Source: Asterias rubens
Taxonomy: Eukaryota
NCBI RefSeq assembly: GCF_902459465.1
Contig: NC_047067.1
Location: forward strand, 19,778,001 to 19,842,000
Direction: 5' to 3'
Length of the DNA: 64,000 nucleotides
The translations under genes and the position numbers were made by a program. The first letter of the stretch is position 1. The number at the start of each line of letters is the position of its first letter. The notes beneath the pieces were generated by a model. It was not told where the DNA came from and made no database searches. It was given only the letters and a program-made list of their open reading frames with translations. This document shows positions 35,351 to 49,672 of the stretch, in pieces.

Positions 35351-37729
35351 CGCACAAATATTTACGAACATGATCTGTGTTTGTAAGTTGTAATGTACCT
35401 GTCATACAGAGAAAATAATTCCATATTTAGAGCTTGTTTTTTTCCAGTTACTTTGAAACTTATTTGATTGATCAGTATTTCATTACTCTCTTTGCTTTTT
35501 GGTAAGCAACCGCAAGCAAAGTAATATGCACAGTTTACTAGCATTGTAGGCTACTTTACAAAAAGCCTAAGCGCAAGGCCTGGCACTAATAGTATTATTA
35601 TTATAACCAAATATTAATTTCAACACAAAATTCTTTATTTGAAGGATTTTTTACATTATTTTCTGGCATACACACCAAATAGGAACAAATTTCTACCTCA
35701 TTGTTTCCATAATTGTGTATCAACAACACATGTCCAAACTATTATTGTCAAAAACCATGGACTGTAAATTACAAGGCCACATCTAGGCGAGGTTACCCAA
35801 TACTAGTTGGATAGCAACAACGACGACGGTCCTTTGAAATCAATCCATGCAGAAAATATGTTGGGTCCACAGTTCTAAATCACCAAATAAAACGCACTGT
35901 TTTTGATGAACCGTGTAGAATAATGAGGTTGCGATATGTCGTTACTCCCGCCTGCGGGGTCAACAATTTTCACAGTCTGAGATGTATTTGTCTAGACTAC
36001 CCCCGTCATTAGAAAATCATTCAGAAGCAATATCTACTTGTTAAATTCCATAACTTATGCTTAGCCTCAATGGAATATTGTGCAATGCAAGGTTTTGGCA
36101 AACATTTTACTAGGTTCGAACTTTCATTCCAATTATCTTTTTATCTTTTACTTCACATCTTACAAGCCACCTGACTGTGCAAATTCAATCTTCAGCATTT
36201 TGGAAAGAACAAAAAATAATCATCGCTTACTCTCTCTTTTCCCAACTTTTTCTCCCCCCAAAAAAATTTGTCAAGCATTTTGTTGTGTACAGAGTGTGGA
36301 ATTGCCAAAAAGAATTTCCAATATGCCATTTTTGGATAATGGGTGTTTACCAATTATAATGGGTGTTTACCCATTATCCTGTTATAAATAGATGTCCACA
36401 GATTGAAGCTGGGATCCAAAGGTTTGACAGGATTGATTCACCACACTAAGAAGGTCATACATGTAGCTACAATGAGGAAATAAAATTTGTTCTTAACAAA
36501 CTGCTGCGATCTAAGAAACATGTGTAAATGTTGAGAGTGCGAATCAGAAAGAAATTGAGAAAAAAAATCATTGTAAATTTTATTAAAAATAGCCATCTTA
36601 TAGAGTATACAAATCACCTTGAATTATGAATTAAATTTTTCCTATCGCCACTCTGAAGTTTATTTTGTGTCAGAGCACCAACTTGGACGTTGAACATCAT
36701 ACATAGTGATTATGACATCACAGTCCTCAAATGTACGTCACACTCTTCTAAAATAAGTCTGCTAATTTTGTTTGAACGGTTCTTTATTTAGCTCAAAGCT
36801 AAGTGAGTGAATAAGATCAAATTGTAAACTGAATTACACGTCATCATCTTTAGGTATGTGTACAAATTGCCATGGTTACGCGTTGCGACAGCAAACACAA
36901 AACATTGGTGTTAGAGAGAGAAATATTTTGCTAATCTACAAGTACATAAACTCCTTCTACAGTGTATGATGACAGATAGTTGCAGCCAATGGTTATTGGA
37001 GAGACGTGAGGTACACGCTTCCCCTGGTACAATCATACGGAGAAGAAAAAACACTCTGCGCTTTTCGTCAAGTCTCTGTTGTCCCCGGGACACTTTTTCG
37101 GTAAAAGAGGTCAACAAGATTTGAAAGCTGATTCTAAAACATGCCTCAATCCCATCCACCAATCGCTCACAAAAGCCTCTTTTGTAGGACATCAAGTTTG
37201 CTATATAAAAGTTAACCAAGTAGGAGCTACCTCAGGTATGATTTTATTCTAATTTCTGAAGAAAAAGAGGTATTCATCAAATTGAATAATTACGGTGAAT
37301 GCTGAACAATTGCAAGACGACTATAATGAAGCAAGATTGTAAAACAAAATAGAATAGCCTGTCTGTCTTTTGAACTGAATAATAAGTAAAAGTATAGCAT
37401 TGTTGTTATAGGTAAAGTATAATTGTTATTGTTAAAAAAAAAAAAAAAATGGAGTACAAATTTGAGATTTAGATTTTTATATATTCCTGAAAATCCAAAG
37501 CGATCTTGTCCACGCTGGAATAATAATTCGTAATGGAATACACAATCTGAGTAACAAATATCTCAGATTCAAATTTGGGTGGATAAATACTTGTATCTTT
37601 TTTCAAAGTGAAATGGTTCTCAAAATAGCTCTAAATACTATCAAAAGCTGGCACATTACTTCTAACAAAATTTGTATTTATCTTTCATTAATTTTAAGAG
37701 TTATTACCAATCATGTACCTTCTCTTTAA

Positions 37730-38094
37730 AGCCATTATACACTTTCGGTAAACAGTATTGTCCAAGTCCCACACTTCGTGTATCACAACTAATATATAAA
37801 ATAACAAACCTGTGAGAATTTAGGTTCAATCGGTCATCGGAGTCGGGAGAAAATAACGGGAAAACCCATTCTTGTTTCCGCGTGTTTTACCGTGTCATGA
37901 CATGTGTTTAAAATAAATCCGTAATTCTTGCTAACGAGAATTTATACTGTTTTAATGTTTTCTCAAAAAGTAAAGCATTTCATGGAACAATATTTCAAGA
38001 GAAGTCTTTCACCATTACCTTCTGTAAACCCTGTAAATTATTTATAAATCTGTGAACTTTTTTTTTTTTCCTGTACCGAAAGGGTATAATGGCT
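37730..38094 (+). mobile_element. MITE family B (Kolobok-like; TIR AGCCATTATACACTTTCGGTA), 365 bp
   Basis: TTAA flanks at 37726-37729 and 38095-38098. The subterminal region resembles family A, and a truncated copy lies at ~43260-43534. Confidence 0.8.
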
Positions 38095-38451
38095 TTAAGA
38101 GAAAGGTTTCAGCATAATCCAAAACAAGTATTTGCAACGTGAATATACCAAATTAAATGGAGATGGAGTTCACTGATTTTACAAGTAATACAACTCAACA
38201 CCAATAATCTTTCGTTATGACAACATTGCTTCAAAATGATGGATTACATATATGACAATACAACTACAAGTATCACATGACTGTTCCATGTCTGTCATCT
38301 GAACTACATATTAATTTCAATAAATGGTTTCCAGATAGAAGTGAGTATCAAGTTGGACATCATAAATACATGATGCTCAGAGTAAGGCCATTTTGGAAAC
38401 ACTGCTTTAGGCTTGGCTACTTTCACCCTGTACACAAGCATGATCATATAA

Positions 38452-38613
38452 CAGGCCTGGATTTTCATCGTTGAAAGGGTAAGGCTGTTTCTTTTTGCAA
38501 AGGGCACTTGCATTGGAAAATCTTAAAGTCAATGGGAAACTTTTAAAGAGGCACCAATGCCAAGACCAGGGGCAATGGAGGCAATGGAGGCAATGCATGT
38601 AAATCCAGGCTTG
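38452..38613 (-). mobile_element. Short CAGGCCTG-ended element, inverted copy
   Basis: CAGGCCTG...CAGGCTTG ends with GGCAATGGAGGCAAT internal motifs. Confidence 0.5.
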
Positions 38614-41007
38614 ACTAACAAAAATTGAATTTGGCTCAAATCCATCACTCTGTAGATGTTCACGGCACTCTAACACTATCATGACTATGATTACTTACCC
38701 TGAATCCAGATGACTTAGTCACCAGAATTTGAGTTTGATGCACGAAACTGCTTAGCCATGACAAGTCATGGGCCCAGGGATTGATTTTACAAAGATAGAC
38801 CTAACTTAGGTTATAAAAAAACTTAGGCTAGTCCTAGGTTTGGTACTCGAGCTAAGATAAGTGATAACTCAGATGTGAAATCCACCCCGGGTCCATATTT
38901 CTGACTCATTGCTCTGGGAATCCTTGGGAACACCTCAATCTTCTCAAGCCACTCCTTGGAAATTAGTTAGGCCCGAATAAAATCATGTAAGTGTTGCTCT
39001 CAAATCAAGGACTACAGGGGACTTGACTATGTTGTTTGAGGGGGAAAAAACAAAGTGCAACCTCATTTGGTTGAACAATCACTGAAAAATTTACCAATAT
39101 AAATTTGTGAGCCCATAAAAGGTACATTAGGAAAATTGTGTTCGAGTTCCAAGAGTGGATGTGTAACTATCTAAATACAGTGAAAGCTGAATACAACGGT
39201 TTAGTCTCAGCTTAAAGTTGGGGTATACCATTAAAGGCCTACCATACAGGGCTTTAATCATGGTGCACATTATTTTTTTCTTGTAGCGGCTACAGCTATA
39301 TCTATGACTGTTGCTAAAAGGGTAATGCTAATAATGTCATTTAGGGTGACATGGCTAGGGGGGGGCAATCCAGCCATACATGTATACAGCCATGGCCACT
39401 AATTGGAACATGACCTATCATTTTAAGGAAAGAAACCACTAGCTGAAGGTTCAAGCCAATTTTGAGGCTGGTCTGTATAATATCAGTAACAACCACATTC
39501 AAACCACTTGCTGGGAGGATGTCTACACTACTTCAATCTGAGAATGATTTTCCTGCGTATTTCACCACATTTCCTGCATTGTTTGCAAAACAAGCATATT
39601 ACCTTTAGATCACGGATATAATATACTACCCATCCTTGATGGTCCCTCCACAAAACACTTCCAGTATGAAATTCCACCAATAAATATCATATCATATTTT
39701 CAGGCCTGTTAATTAAAAGCACAGTGACAGTAGAAGTCTTTACGCCATATGTGAGTTAAATGTAGTTTAAAAAAAAGTCTGGTGCAGCGACTTGCCATTC
39801 AACTTGTGTGTAGGAAAACTTGAGGAAATAGCGTAAGTGTATTATTTACAAGTTAGCAAGAAAATTAGGCGAACAGCTTGTAACCTCACATTAACTTGCA
39901 GAACTTGTCTTTCAATACAGTTGGCAACTCTATGAAATGGAAATTGTGAAGGTAGCACAGAATTACGCAACTGAACGAAAATCAGCCTCAGCCGTACAGC
40001 TGCACATAAATCCGAATAAGTGAAAATCAAAACGGCACTGCCACAATAAAAGGTCCATAAATCCCCCCCCCCCCCTGCATGTAGAGTCAAGGGTCAAACC
40101 TGTCCTGCTCCACTACTCATCTTCAGTTCTCTTTATGTTTGTCCTTTTTAATAGATGGTCCTAATTTTCTCATTATTTCTTGTGCATTATCAGTATAATT
40201 AGGTCATTACTGGTACATTTTTGCATTCTCTCCTGTCAGTTTTTTGTAGGGTTATGTCGTCTTTGCTTTTTGTTTTTGTATTTTGACTAGGGCTGATCCC
40301 CACTAGCCTCGGCTTATTTGGACAGCCTCCTTACTCACAACATATTATTACATTTTTGTCTTAGTATCGTAAACTTATCATTGGTGATGTTTACTCATTG
40401 CTTGTATTGTACTACTTTATTTTTGTCTGCATTATTCTGCCTTTTCTTATTGCGAGTACGGAAACAAATATATTACATTGAATTGAAATAAAATGAATTA
40501 AAATACTTGAACAATCTCCATGCATTAAGCAGGGGACAAGCCTCATTGTAGACTATGGGGCAAACAATGATGACACATCCTCAGCTATTTACATCCCATG
40601 AGTAAGCCAAAACTCATAATATAATTTTAATCAACGCTAGGTATACCTCCCATTGGCGGAGTCTGCCACCCCTGGAAGGGTCAAACCATTTCAATCGGGA
40701 GGGGGGAAAGTCACTTGAAGATGATGATAACATCAACAACACAGTGGCTCTTCTATCTGAAAGTCAGAACCACATAGCACTCTCCATTTATGTCTGATTA
40801 TAGACCACCTGTTTATTCCAGGGCTTGAATTTGACCCTGAAACGCCAGCCAAGGCTTGTGATTTTAGCTCCGAGCCAGTCAAATCATGACCTGACAATAA
40901 TAATAATATGTCACTGTTTCATTTCTTTATTGGAAAGAAATGGTGTTCAAAGTGGACAGAAAACAAGGTTGGTGAAATATGTTAAGTTAGCGCTAACACC
41001 ATGTAAT

Positions 41008-41410
41008 GACAATCTCTAATTAATTTGGGGTGGTTCTGAAAAGAACCAATATATATATATCGACTTGACATTTCGGTCAGTATGCTCTGATTGTCTTCTG
41101 GAGAAAGATTGGTGAACTAAATAATTTGGTAAAATAAATAATGAAAATAATCTCAGATGTGAATCTTAAGACCTTCAAACAAAGCCAAGACATTTTTTTG
41201 CGCCAATACCCTGTAAGGACAATCTCTTATTGATTTGGGGGTGGTTCTGAAAAGAACCAATATATATTTCGACTTGACATTTCGGTCAGTATGCTCTGAT
41301 TGTCTTCTGGAGAAAGATTGGTGAACTAAATAATTTGGTAAAATAAATAATGAAAATAATCTCAGATGTGAATCATAAGACCTTCAAACAATCCAAGATT
41401 TTTTTTTGTG
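41008..41410 (-). repeat. Tandem duplication (209-bp period), each unit with a decayed hammerhead-like motif
   Basis: Near-identical units; CUC-CAGAAGA-CAAUCAG(AGCAUA)CUGACC-GAA-AUGU-C-AAG at 41064-41103 and 41273-41312. Confidence 0.75.
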
Positions 41411-41849
41411 AGGCATCAAATTTTGTTCTTGGAAAAAAGTAGGAATATTTTATAGAGGACAAGGGCTGACGATACACATGGTAGAGGCTTTAAATAATAA
41501 TTTTCAGGGTACTTAAACACAAATGTTGTTAAAAAATCAGACCTAAGTAGGATGAATATACATGTATCAAGTCTGTTTTATCTCCAGTGACATTTGTATC
41601 TCCAAATGTACATGTACTGAAAAATCTTCCAAAAACCTTGAGGGTGTTTTCTTTCATTCCTCAACAAGTCATAACGGTGTTTTTGTGAGAGAGAACAAAT
41701 CACGACGAAAGCAAACCCTGCCAAAAAACATGAATATTCCCCACAGACGCAAGAAGGCTTTACTCCGTATATCTCCCTCGTTCTCTTGTCTCACACTGAC
41801 ATCTCGAGTTGGACCGAAATCAAACTCTTAATTGAATGGTGATCCAAGA

Positions 41850-42130
41850 TGCGCAGGTGTTTGCGGGAGCAAGAAAACGTGCAGTCGTCCTCAAGAGGAT
41901 TTTTCAATCCGGACACAAACCCGTTAAAGAACATCTTTAAGCTCAGCTGGCCAGTCCTTCAAGGCCCCCTGAGGGCATGGATCTCCTACACTGCTCCTCG
42001 GACTTTATTTCAGAAAGACGGAAGTGCGATGACGTCGCGATGGGATTTAAGAAATGGTCAGCCGGAAAGACGATGTCTTATTTTTCGGTGAAACGCCTTT
42101 TCAGCGGATGTGGTGTCCATTTCCCAAAAC
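41850..42130. promoter_or_regulatory. CpG-rich regulatory-like island with CRE-like TGACGTC
   Basis: Local CpG enrichment and GATGACGTCGCG at ~42028-42039; no gene assignable. Confidence 0.25.
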
Positions 42131-44050
42131 TATGGGTTTAGAACTAAGATTTACTTGTTGGAATTTGGGTTTTGGTACACCAGAGGGGATTTTTGGATAT
42201 AGCAAAGGAAAGGAAATAATTTACAAAGAAAGATGGTCTATAGAAAAAGAGGATGAGACCTTGAGATGAAAATGAGTGATGTACATTGTACACATATCAT
42301 TCAAAGAAATGACTTCCAGATAAGCCACTTAACAGCTTGACTTATTGTTCCTGACGTTCTTCTACAATATCCTGCCCAAGTGATTTGCCTGTGGATTTTT
42401 TCACAGAACTCGGAAAGTACTGAATAAACAGTGCTACGTGGTTGGGTAAAAACAACTTTCTCTTTTTAGGGGGGACCCTTAAAGATGCTATGTCAGATTT
42501 TTGGCCCCAAACATTAAAAAAATAATTTTTTTTGAGTGAATGGTATTTCAAAGAGCATCACCCGCTGTAACAAAAAAAGGTTTAACTTTTACTTTTAATG
42601 GTCAGGAACCATGACAAAATTTTAAAACGTTTCTTATAAAACACATAAGAATTGGTCACGTGATATATTGTCGGGATCCCGACAAAAAATAATTTTGAGC
42701 ACTTTATTTCACTGCTACTAATAATTGGCAGACTTTTTCGAGCAATGGCTCAAATGTTTAGTTAAATATTGTGTAAATGCAACCATTTGCCTAACACAAG
42801 TAGCAACTTGTAATTGTAGCCGGACAATATTATAACTTTTGATCTAGGACATTTGGCTTCACCCAAAAAGGCAGGTTGTAAAATAACAATCAGTTGTCTT
42901 TCCTTTATCAAGGCAATCAAGCATTTACAGAGAATGTAAACATTGACTTCTCAAATATTTTGTGAGTAAACAACCTTAAAGCCTTGACATACTTGTACAG
43001 TAGATTTGTATAATACCTCTACATGTTTTATACAAAGAAACAATGCTAGTTTTTGCAAGTGTTTATGGACAAACTGCATTGGTCATTCAATACTGATTGT
43101 GTGTGGTAACATGGCATTATTGAAAACTATCGAATATTTTATCTAAATGTGATTAAGGACTGCTTGTTTTATTCAACAAAGGAAACAGTTTTTCTCTTGC
43201 AATCACAGCCCAAACTGTACATGAATTATCAGTCACATTAATCTTAAAGATTAAAAAATTAGGCTCAATCGGTCATCGGAGTCAGGAGAAAACAACGGGA
43301 AAACCCACCCTTGTTTCTGCACGTTTCGCCGTGTCAAGACATAGGTTTAAAATAAATCTGTAATTCTCGATATCGAGAATTGATTGTTGTTTTAATGTTT
43401 TCTCAAAAAGTAAAGCATTTCATGGAATAATATTTCAAGAGAGGTCTTTCACCATTACCTTCTGTAAACCCTGTAAGTTATTTGTAAATCTGTGAACCTT
43501 TTTTTTTTTCTGTTCCGAAAGTGTATAATGGCTTCAAACACCCACACATTTTGATTGAAAACCAAAACGCAACGAGTGACACTTTAATGTATCTCAAACA
43601 GCATAGCATAGAAAAATAACTTTGAATAACAAGTAAGGTATTGCCTGAAGACCTCTATCGCACACTTCAAGAACATCTCCTTTTTAGTCCGAACTGAATA
43701 CAAACTTTACCTCGAGAGATCTTTATCAACAACATGTACTAATCCCTCTGGAGCTCAGAACTGAAGAAGCCTCAAGCATGGTGAATTTCCAAAGAACCAT
43801 GTACTTCTTTAAAGCTAAATCTCTCTAAAGAAACACAGGCAAAACAATACCACAGACGGTCGACAAAACAAGGCAACAAGTTCTACTAGACATAATAGGT
43901 ATAGCTCTAGAAGCATCAGGCTTGAAATATGTATTGTCCTTGCCCTATGCTGAAATCAAATACCAACAAATAAAATCCACAATGGAAAAATCAACTACAA
44001 TAGAAGCACAGCACAGCACCTTGTGTGAAAATTTATTTTCAGAATTTATT

Positions 44051-44089
44051 TTTGTTTGTTTGTTTGTTTGTTTGTTTGTTTGTTTGTTT
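44051..44089 (+). repeat. (TTTG)n microsatellite
   Basis: About 9-10 consecutive TTTG units. Confidence 0.95.
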
Positions 44090-44879
44090 CTCTCTTTCTT
44101 TCTGTTCGAAGAATTCCAGATGTAAAGAGCAGCCATGACATTTGACCCTCAGAAGAGTCGGAAAATGTTATTGACTACATTGTACAATGGCTGAGCTACA
44201 TGTACATGCTCAATTTAGCACAAAATTTGAACTGTTTTAAAACAATAAAAAGTCATCAGTTAAAATTTCCCTTTTCACTGTTCAGCGTTACTGAGCTGAA
44301 ATTGTAAAATCTCTTTAAATTACAATACAATTGTTCCTATACTTTAAATTCACGGACATGCCCAAAACAGAACAAAAGTATTTTGTTCCCCTCTGTACGA
44401 ATTATAATATGACCCTAATGAATATTCATAATAAAGTTAGACACAGATCAAGCAGTGCCTGTAGATGTATCAAGTTACAATCTCCACCTACTTGACATTC
44501 CAAAGGTAGGGAGATGTTGGACTCAGTTGTAAACAGGACCAATTGGAATGTTCTAATAGGTTCTCAGGGGGGTATTCTGTGGGTAGTGCTTGAATATTTG
44601 GGTGCTGACATCACTTTTTTAGGAGAGAGGGAATTCCTTTTGGTCCACATTTCCTGGAAGTTCGAAGTCTGTCAGGTTTGAGTAGGTACTTAGGGCTTGA
44701 CCCCACTTAAGGTCATCGGTAGTTTGAGACATAGAGGTAAGATGAATTGGACCTGTTACTTAAGTAATGAGCTCGGAAAATTTGCTATGATGCCACTCTT
44801 AAGATTGATGTCAAGAAGAAAGCCATAAGGGAAACTGACTGGGTAAATTCTTAACTAGGTTTGGGCTGTTGAACAAGGA

Positions 44880-45110
44880 AATATTTGATTTGAACTTGTG
44901 ACCTCCATATTAACATCGTAGCGCACTACCAACTATCTACCATGTAACGTAGGTGGCCTCCTTACATGTATTTGTCACTATCTTTGTTAGGGGGGGGGGG
45001 CAGTCAGAAATCATTCTACCTGTGACTGCTGTATAGCCAGGGATCACGCCCACGTAGGCTACAATACAACCTGGAAAGCGGCAGCAGAGGGATCACCTTA
45101 AGGGGGGTGC
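44880..45110 (-). mobile_element. Decayed tRNA-headed SINE
   Basis: Minus-strand head GTAGATAGTTGGTAGTGCGCTAC...GAGGTCACAAGTTCAAATC with A/B-box-like motifs. Confidence 0.45.
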
Positions 45111-47098
45111 GACTTTATAAGTATCAAGTACTAAACCACAAAGCTTATAGTTTTGTTTAAACAGTAACTTGCCCTTCAGATATCTTAAGGAGGTATTTTT
45201 TTAACAGTCAATTTTTGGATAACAATCTTGAAGATTTAAAAATTTGCTAGCTAAATGAGAACTTACATTTGCCTGTTTATATTAATACAGATTCCCTTGT
45301 GCTGTTGTAACGTTCCTTTCGCACACATGCAGTGCATTTGATGCCTCCAAAATTTGGCCCTTTTGTATTTTGCGAAGTCTGTCACATCTTTAAACACTTT
45401 AATTTCTGTTGACCCACCCACCTACAATGTTAAACAAACAAACAGTTTGTTCATATACAGTACTCTTTTCCGAATGGCACCCACCTAGTGCGTGTTCAAC
45501 TCATTTTGAATGTTTACTACATAATTTCTGGTCCAATAAACATTTTGAGCTACAATCCATGCAGTCTTGTGGATTCCCTTCTCCAACCCAGGGGCCAGCC
45601 TGCTGAGGGCTTTAAGGAAGTTTTAAGGTGGTTGGGGGCCTATACCATTTAACAAGAAATCAATATTTACACCTACTTAAATTAATTATTCATGCAGAAA
45701 AAAATAACACATGACCTTATCAGATGTCAGGAGCTCACCAAGGCCAGCTCTTCCAGACAATTCATACAATAACTACAAACATTTTTTGCAGACCATTACT
45801 TGACGAGGTCACAAGAGTAGGTTAAACTGCATACCTCAAGAGAGTTATAAAATTCTGTCAATGTCGGGAATAGTTTTGGGATATGTAGCACCATGCCAGT
45901 GAGTGATTTCCCTTCTATAGGGCTGGGAATTTATACTGGACGACAGCGATTTTAGTGTTGGGCCAGTAACTCACGACTTGACAAATCCGTGTGTCTGGTG
46001 CTTTTCAATTCAATAATTTTTCTTAATGGTGAATTAAAATGTTGACTTTGATTCTAACAAAATATATATTTAATATTATTGATTATCAAAGTCTACTACC
46101 CATATTAAGACAAATGAGATCGGTCTTCTCATCTCAAAAACAAAGCTCCAGTTTGTAATACACTGCAGGCCTCGCTCGTTCCCGTTCATGTGACTATGTA
46201 TTGAGTTTAATTAACTTATTACCAAATCCAACCAAGAATAAAAATAGTAAATAACCAGTATGGAAAAGTGCAGTGGAAAGGAAATTGAAGGTTACATACA
46301 ACAAAGCTTGGAAGTGGAGGGGTCAACAACAACAAATCTTGCAGGTTTGATACCCCCCTAAATTATGTTTTTACGTTGATTGGGTAAATCAACTTGCTGT
46401 TTTGGGTAAATAAGAGAATTATAAAGGACTTTAGATCCAGCACCTGGGGCAACCCTGTAAACTGCAAAATAAATTGACATACATGTAGCTGCGGTAAGAT
46501 AAGTACAACGCCCAAACCTACCAACACAATCATGTATCGGACAAAAACAATTGACATGACAAACTAACAGAATGACAACAGAGAATTTATTAAATTTATA
46601 AATCTAGAATGATAAACCAAGGCCAAGAAAGGATACCATTTGTTAACTGCAAAGGGAAGGGGGAAAATAAATAATAAACAATAATCTGTAAACAAAAACA
46701 TCACCACAAGGAATTAAATAGAGCAAATCGAATCACAAAGTATTGTTTAAATTAAAATTTTAGTTGCACACTCTTCTTGACTCTACAATTTTGTGTTTTT
46801 TGTAATGTAAACATGAGCCATCTTGAAAAAAAAACACAATTGACCAAGGCAAGTTAAATGAGACTATTGGTATGGACATGAAGGACGGGTCAACTTTAGC
46901 CATGGCATGGTAGGTCATCAGTGTGTAGCCACCACTGCACTGACCTGGGCCAAAATTCTGATTTCACAATCGTCATAGCGTTGCATGCTTAGCCCAGGCA
47001 CAGAGCATGGAGCACAGTGTCAGTAGCTAATATTTTATAATTATGCCAACCAAAACAGGACAGGGTTAACAATATAACAGCCAGTAAAATACCATGTC

Positions 47099-47230
47099 GG
47101 ATAACTTTCCGTATGGCGCCACCACTTTTTCACTCATTTTTACATAAAGGGATATCTCATTGAGGTAAATAAGATACTATATTATTTCATATCAAATGAA
47201 AAACTGGTGGCGCCATACGGAAACTTTTCC
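47099..47230. mobile_element. Intact 132-bp MITE (same family as the PLE target)
   Basis: TIRs GGATAACTTTCCGTATGGCGCCACCAC / CTGGTGGCGCCATACGGAAACTTTTCC. Confidence 0.85.
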
Positions 47231-48500
47231 AAATTAGCACCAGGGCTAGGTCAACTTTAATTTGTCCATGGTCATCCTGAAATAACAACAAGGCTGTGTG
47301 TGTGCAGACAACAGATGCGTTGATTATTTATAGAGATTGGGGCGGGCGATACAATTTTGCAAGTCACAAACTGCCACCGTAAAAATGCAGAAATAATTAA
47401 TTCCATAACTGAATGGCCTACACAATCAGACAAGCTGCATGATGAAAACAAAATAAGGAATGTTATATATTTTGTAGGGGTACTTACATTTATAAAACAC
47501 GGCAAATCTAGCATCTATAGAGCAGGCGGTCACCGGTGTCCTATTTTGTCCGCAAGCGTTTGCTGAATTATCCGACGGCTGTTTTGTTTTCCCAAAAAGG
47601 TGTTAAAATTTCAAAAGAGGGCGCTAGACCATTTTAAGTGACCCTCTGTTACAAACTTACTTATCCTTTTTTCCCTTTCGATTATAAAGCCAGCGGGGAG
47701 GGAATATTTATACAAAGAATTTAATCTTGGGTTTTTCATTAAATGCTATTGTAATTTATCATTGACAGAAGATCTATCCCAGATTTTTTGTCAAAAGACC
47801 AAAATTTACATGTCTTAAACGCTAAGTTTTCAAAGGTCGCAAAATGCGAGGTAGTTTGATTGCAAATTTCTCCCATTTAAAAAAGTCCTATACTACTCCA
47901 ACATACCTCATTTTATTCCTTACATCTGTGGAATTACTATAACACATAACAGGGCTTACTAAATGATGACTTTGTCCAGATGTGATGATTTGAAAATTGA
48001 TCAAAAAAACCCATTACAGCTCAACAAGGTGGGCTAAAATGCACCAATCACGAGATCATGTGAGAGACTGTGATAATAATAGTTGCCAACGTTACTGATA
48101 ATGTGAGATAATATTCGATTCGAGTAATTCATTTTGTCTGACTGTCTGACAAAAATAAAAGCTGGCGACGGCAATAAAAAAGATGCTCTTTTAGCAAAAG
48201 GTTGAAAACTTATCACCTGCTTAATATGACGAGCATAATTCAGATGCTTTCTTGCACTTTTCTGTCATCTCTCTATTATTTTTAGTTTCTTCATGAAAAT
48301 CCTCACATCTTCATCTATGTAAGGCAGAAAGTGCACAAGCTTTTAAGGAATAACACCGATGGGGACAAGTTAGTTTACAATTAATTGTTTGAATCAATTT
48401 TATAAATTAATTTGTTTAATGTTTTATGATAAAAAGGGGTCCAGAGCGGGGATCACATAACAATAAGTACCACAACTTTTACTCCCAATCGGATAATACC

Positions 48501-48560
48501 TAGCCCCACTTGTGTGGCCAAGGATGGATTCAGCTATCCTTGGCCACACAAGTGGGGCTA
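48501..48560. mobile_element. 60-bp foldback element with 9-bp TSD
   Basis: Perfect 25-bp arms TAGCCCCACTTGTGTGGCCAAGGAT and its reverse complement, with a 10-nt loop. GATAATACC lies at 48492-48500 and 48561-48569. Confidence 0.85.
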
Positions 48561-49466
48561 GATAATACCATGCCAACTTAATAATGTGGAAGAGTGTGCA
48601 TCCCTTCCCACCAATGTCACACTCATTATAAACACTTTATTTTCGTCTTGTCAAGAAGTTCTGAGATTACCAGAGCACAACGAAGACTTCATCCAGCACC
48701 AATTTAATGTAAGTTGTTGGTGTATCCATCAATCTAGTATAGCGCCCTCAATAATGAAAACAACTTAATGTGTGAAAAAGAGGATCTATAAAGTATAAGT
48801 TCACTTGATCCCATCAATAATTTACATAATAAGTGAAGGGACTTATTGTGATGTAGAATCTGACCCCAATGGAAGTTCCAACCCGTCTATGTTTTTGAGT
48901 AAACACATTAAAAAGAGAAAATTAATCTGTAAAAACTGGAAATCTCTGACAATACAAATGATTGAAAACTGTGTAGTTCAGAGTTACATAATTCCAAGAT
49001 AGCATGATGCTGTAGGTGAAAAAGGGACAAGGTTGGAGATTTGACCCTAGTATTAGCAACAAAAAGTCTCAGGCTGAGCCAACAGCATTTGTTACAACTT
49101 GCATTCAGAAATTTTATACAACAATCAGTGAGATAATTTTAGAATTACATTCAACATAATAGGGGAACTTCCAATTTAAACAGAGAGGTTTTTGTTAATC
49201 AAACACACAGGATTCGGACTACCTCTAGCTACTGGCAATCTCACTGGGTATGGTACGAGACTGCTCTAGAATGGAAACGATTGTGAGTTCAAATCCCATC
49301 CAATGTATAAATGCCTGTGAGATTTTGTCACAGGGCTCGGGAAAGTACAGAGAATCCTTTACACACAAGTCAGTGTGTGGGTAGTGTGGGTAAAACCAAA
49401 TTACATAATATGGGTAGCTTGGTTTATTTTCAGGGAACTTTCTGCAGCACCAGGGAGACTTGGCAG

Positions 49467-49672
49467 CTTTGCTAAGGGGGTACAGCCCTTGAAGGGGGCA
49501 CAGCAATCTTTGCTAAGGGGGTACAGCCCTTGAAGGGGGCACAGCAATCTTTGCTAAGGGGGTACAGCCCTTGAAGGGGGCACAGCAATCTTTGCTAAGG
49601 GGGTACAGCCCTTGAAGGGGGCACAGCAATCTTTGCTAAGGGGGGTACAGCCCTTGAAGGGGGCACAGCAAT
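49467..49672. repeat. Five tandem copies of a 41-bp unit
   Basis: CTTTGCTAAGGGGGTACAGCCCTTGAAGGGGGCACAGCAAT starts at 49467, 49508, 49549, 49590 and 49631. Confidence 0.95.
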
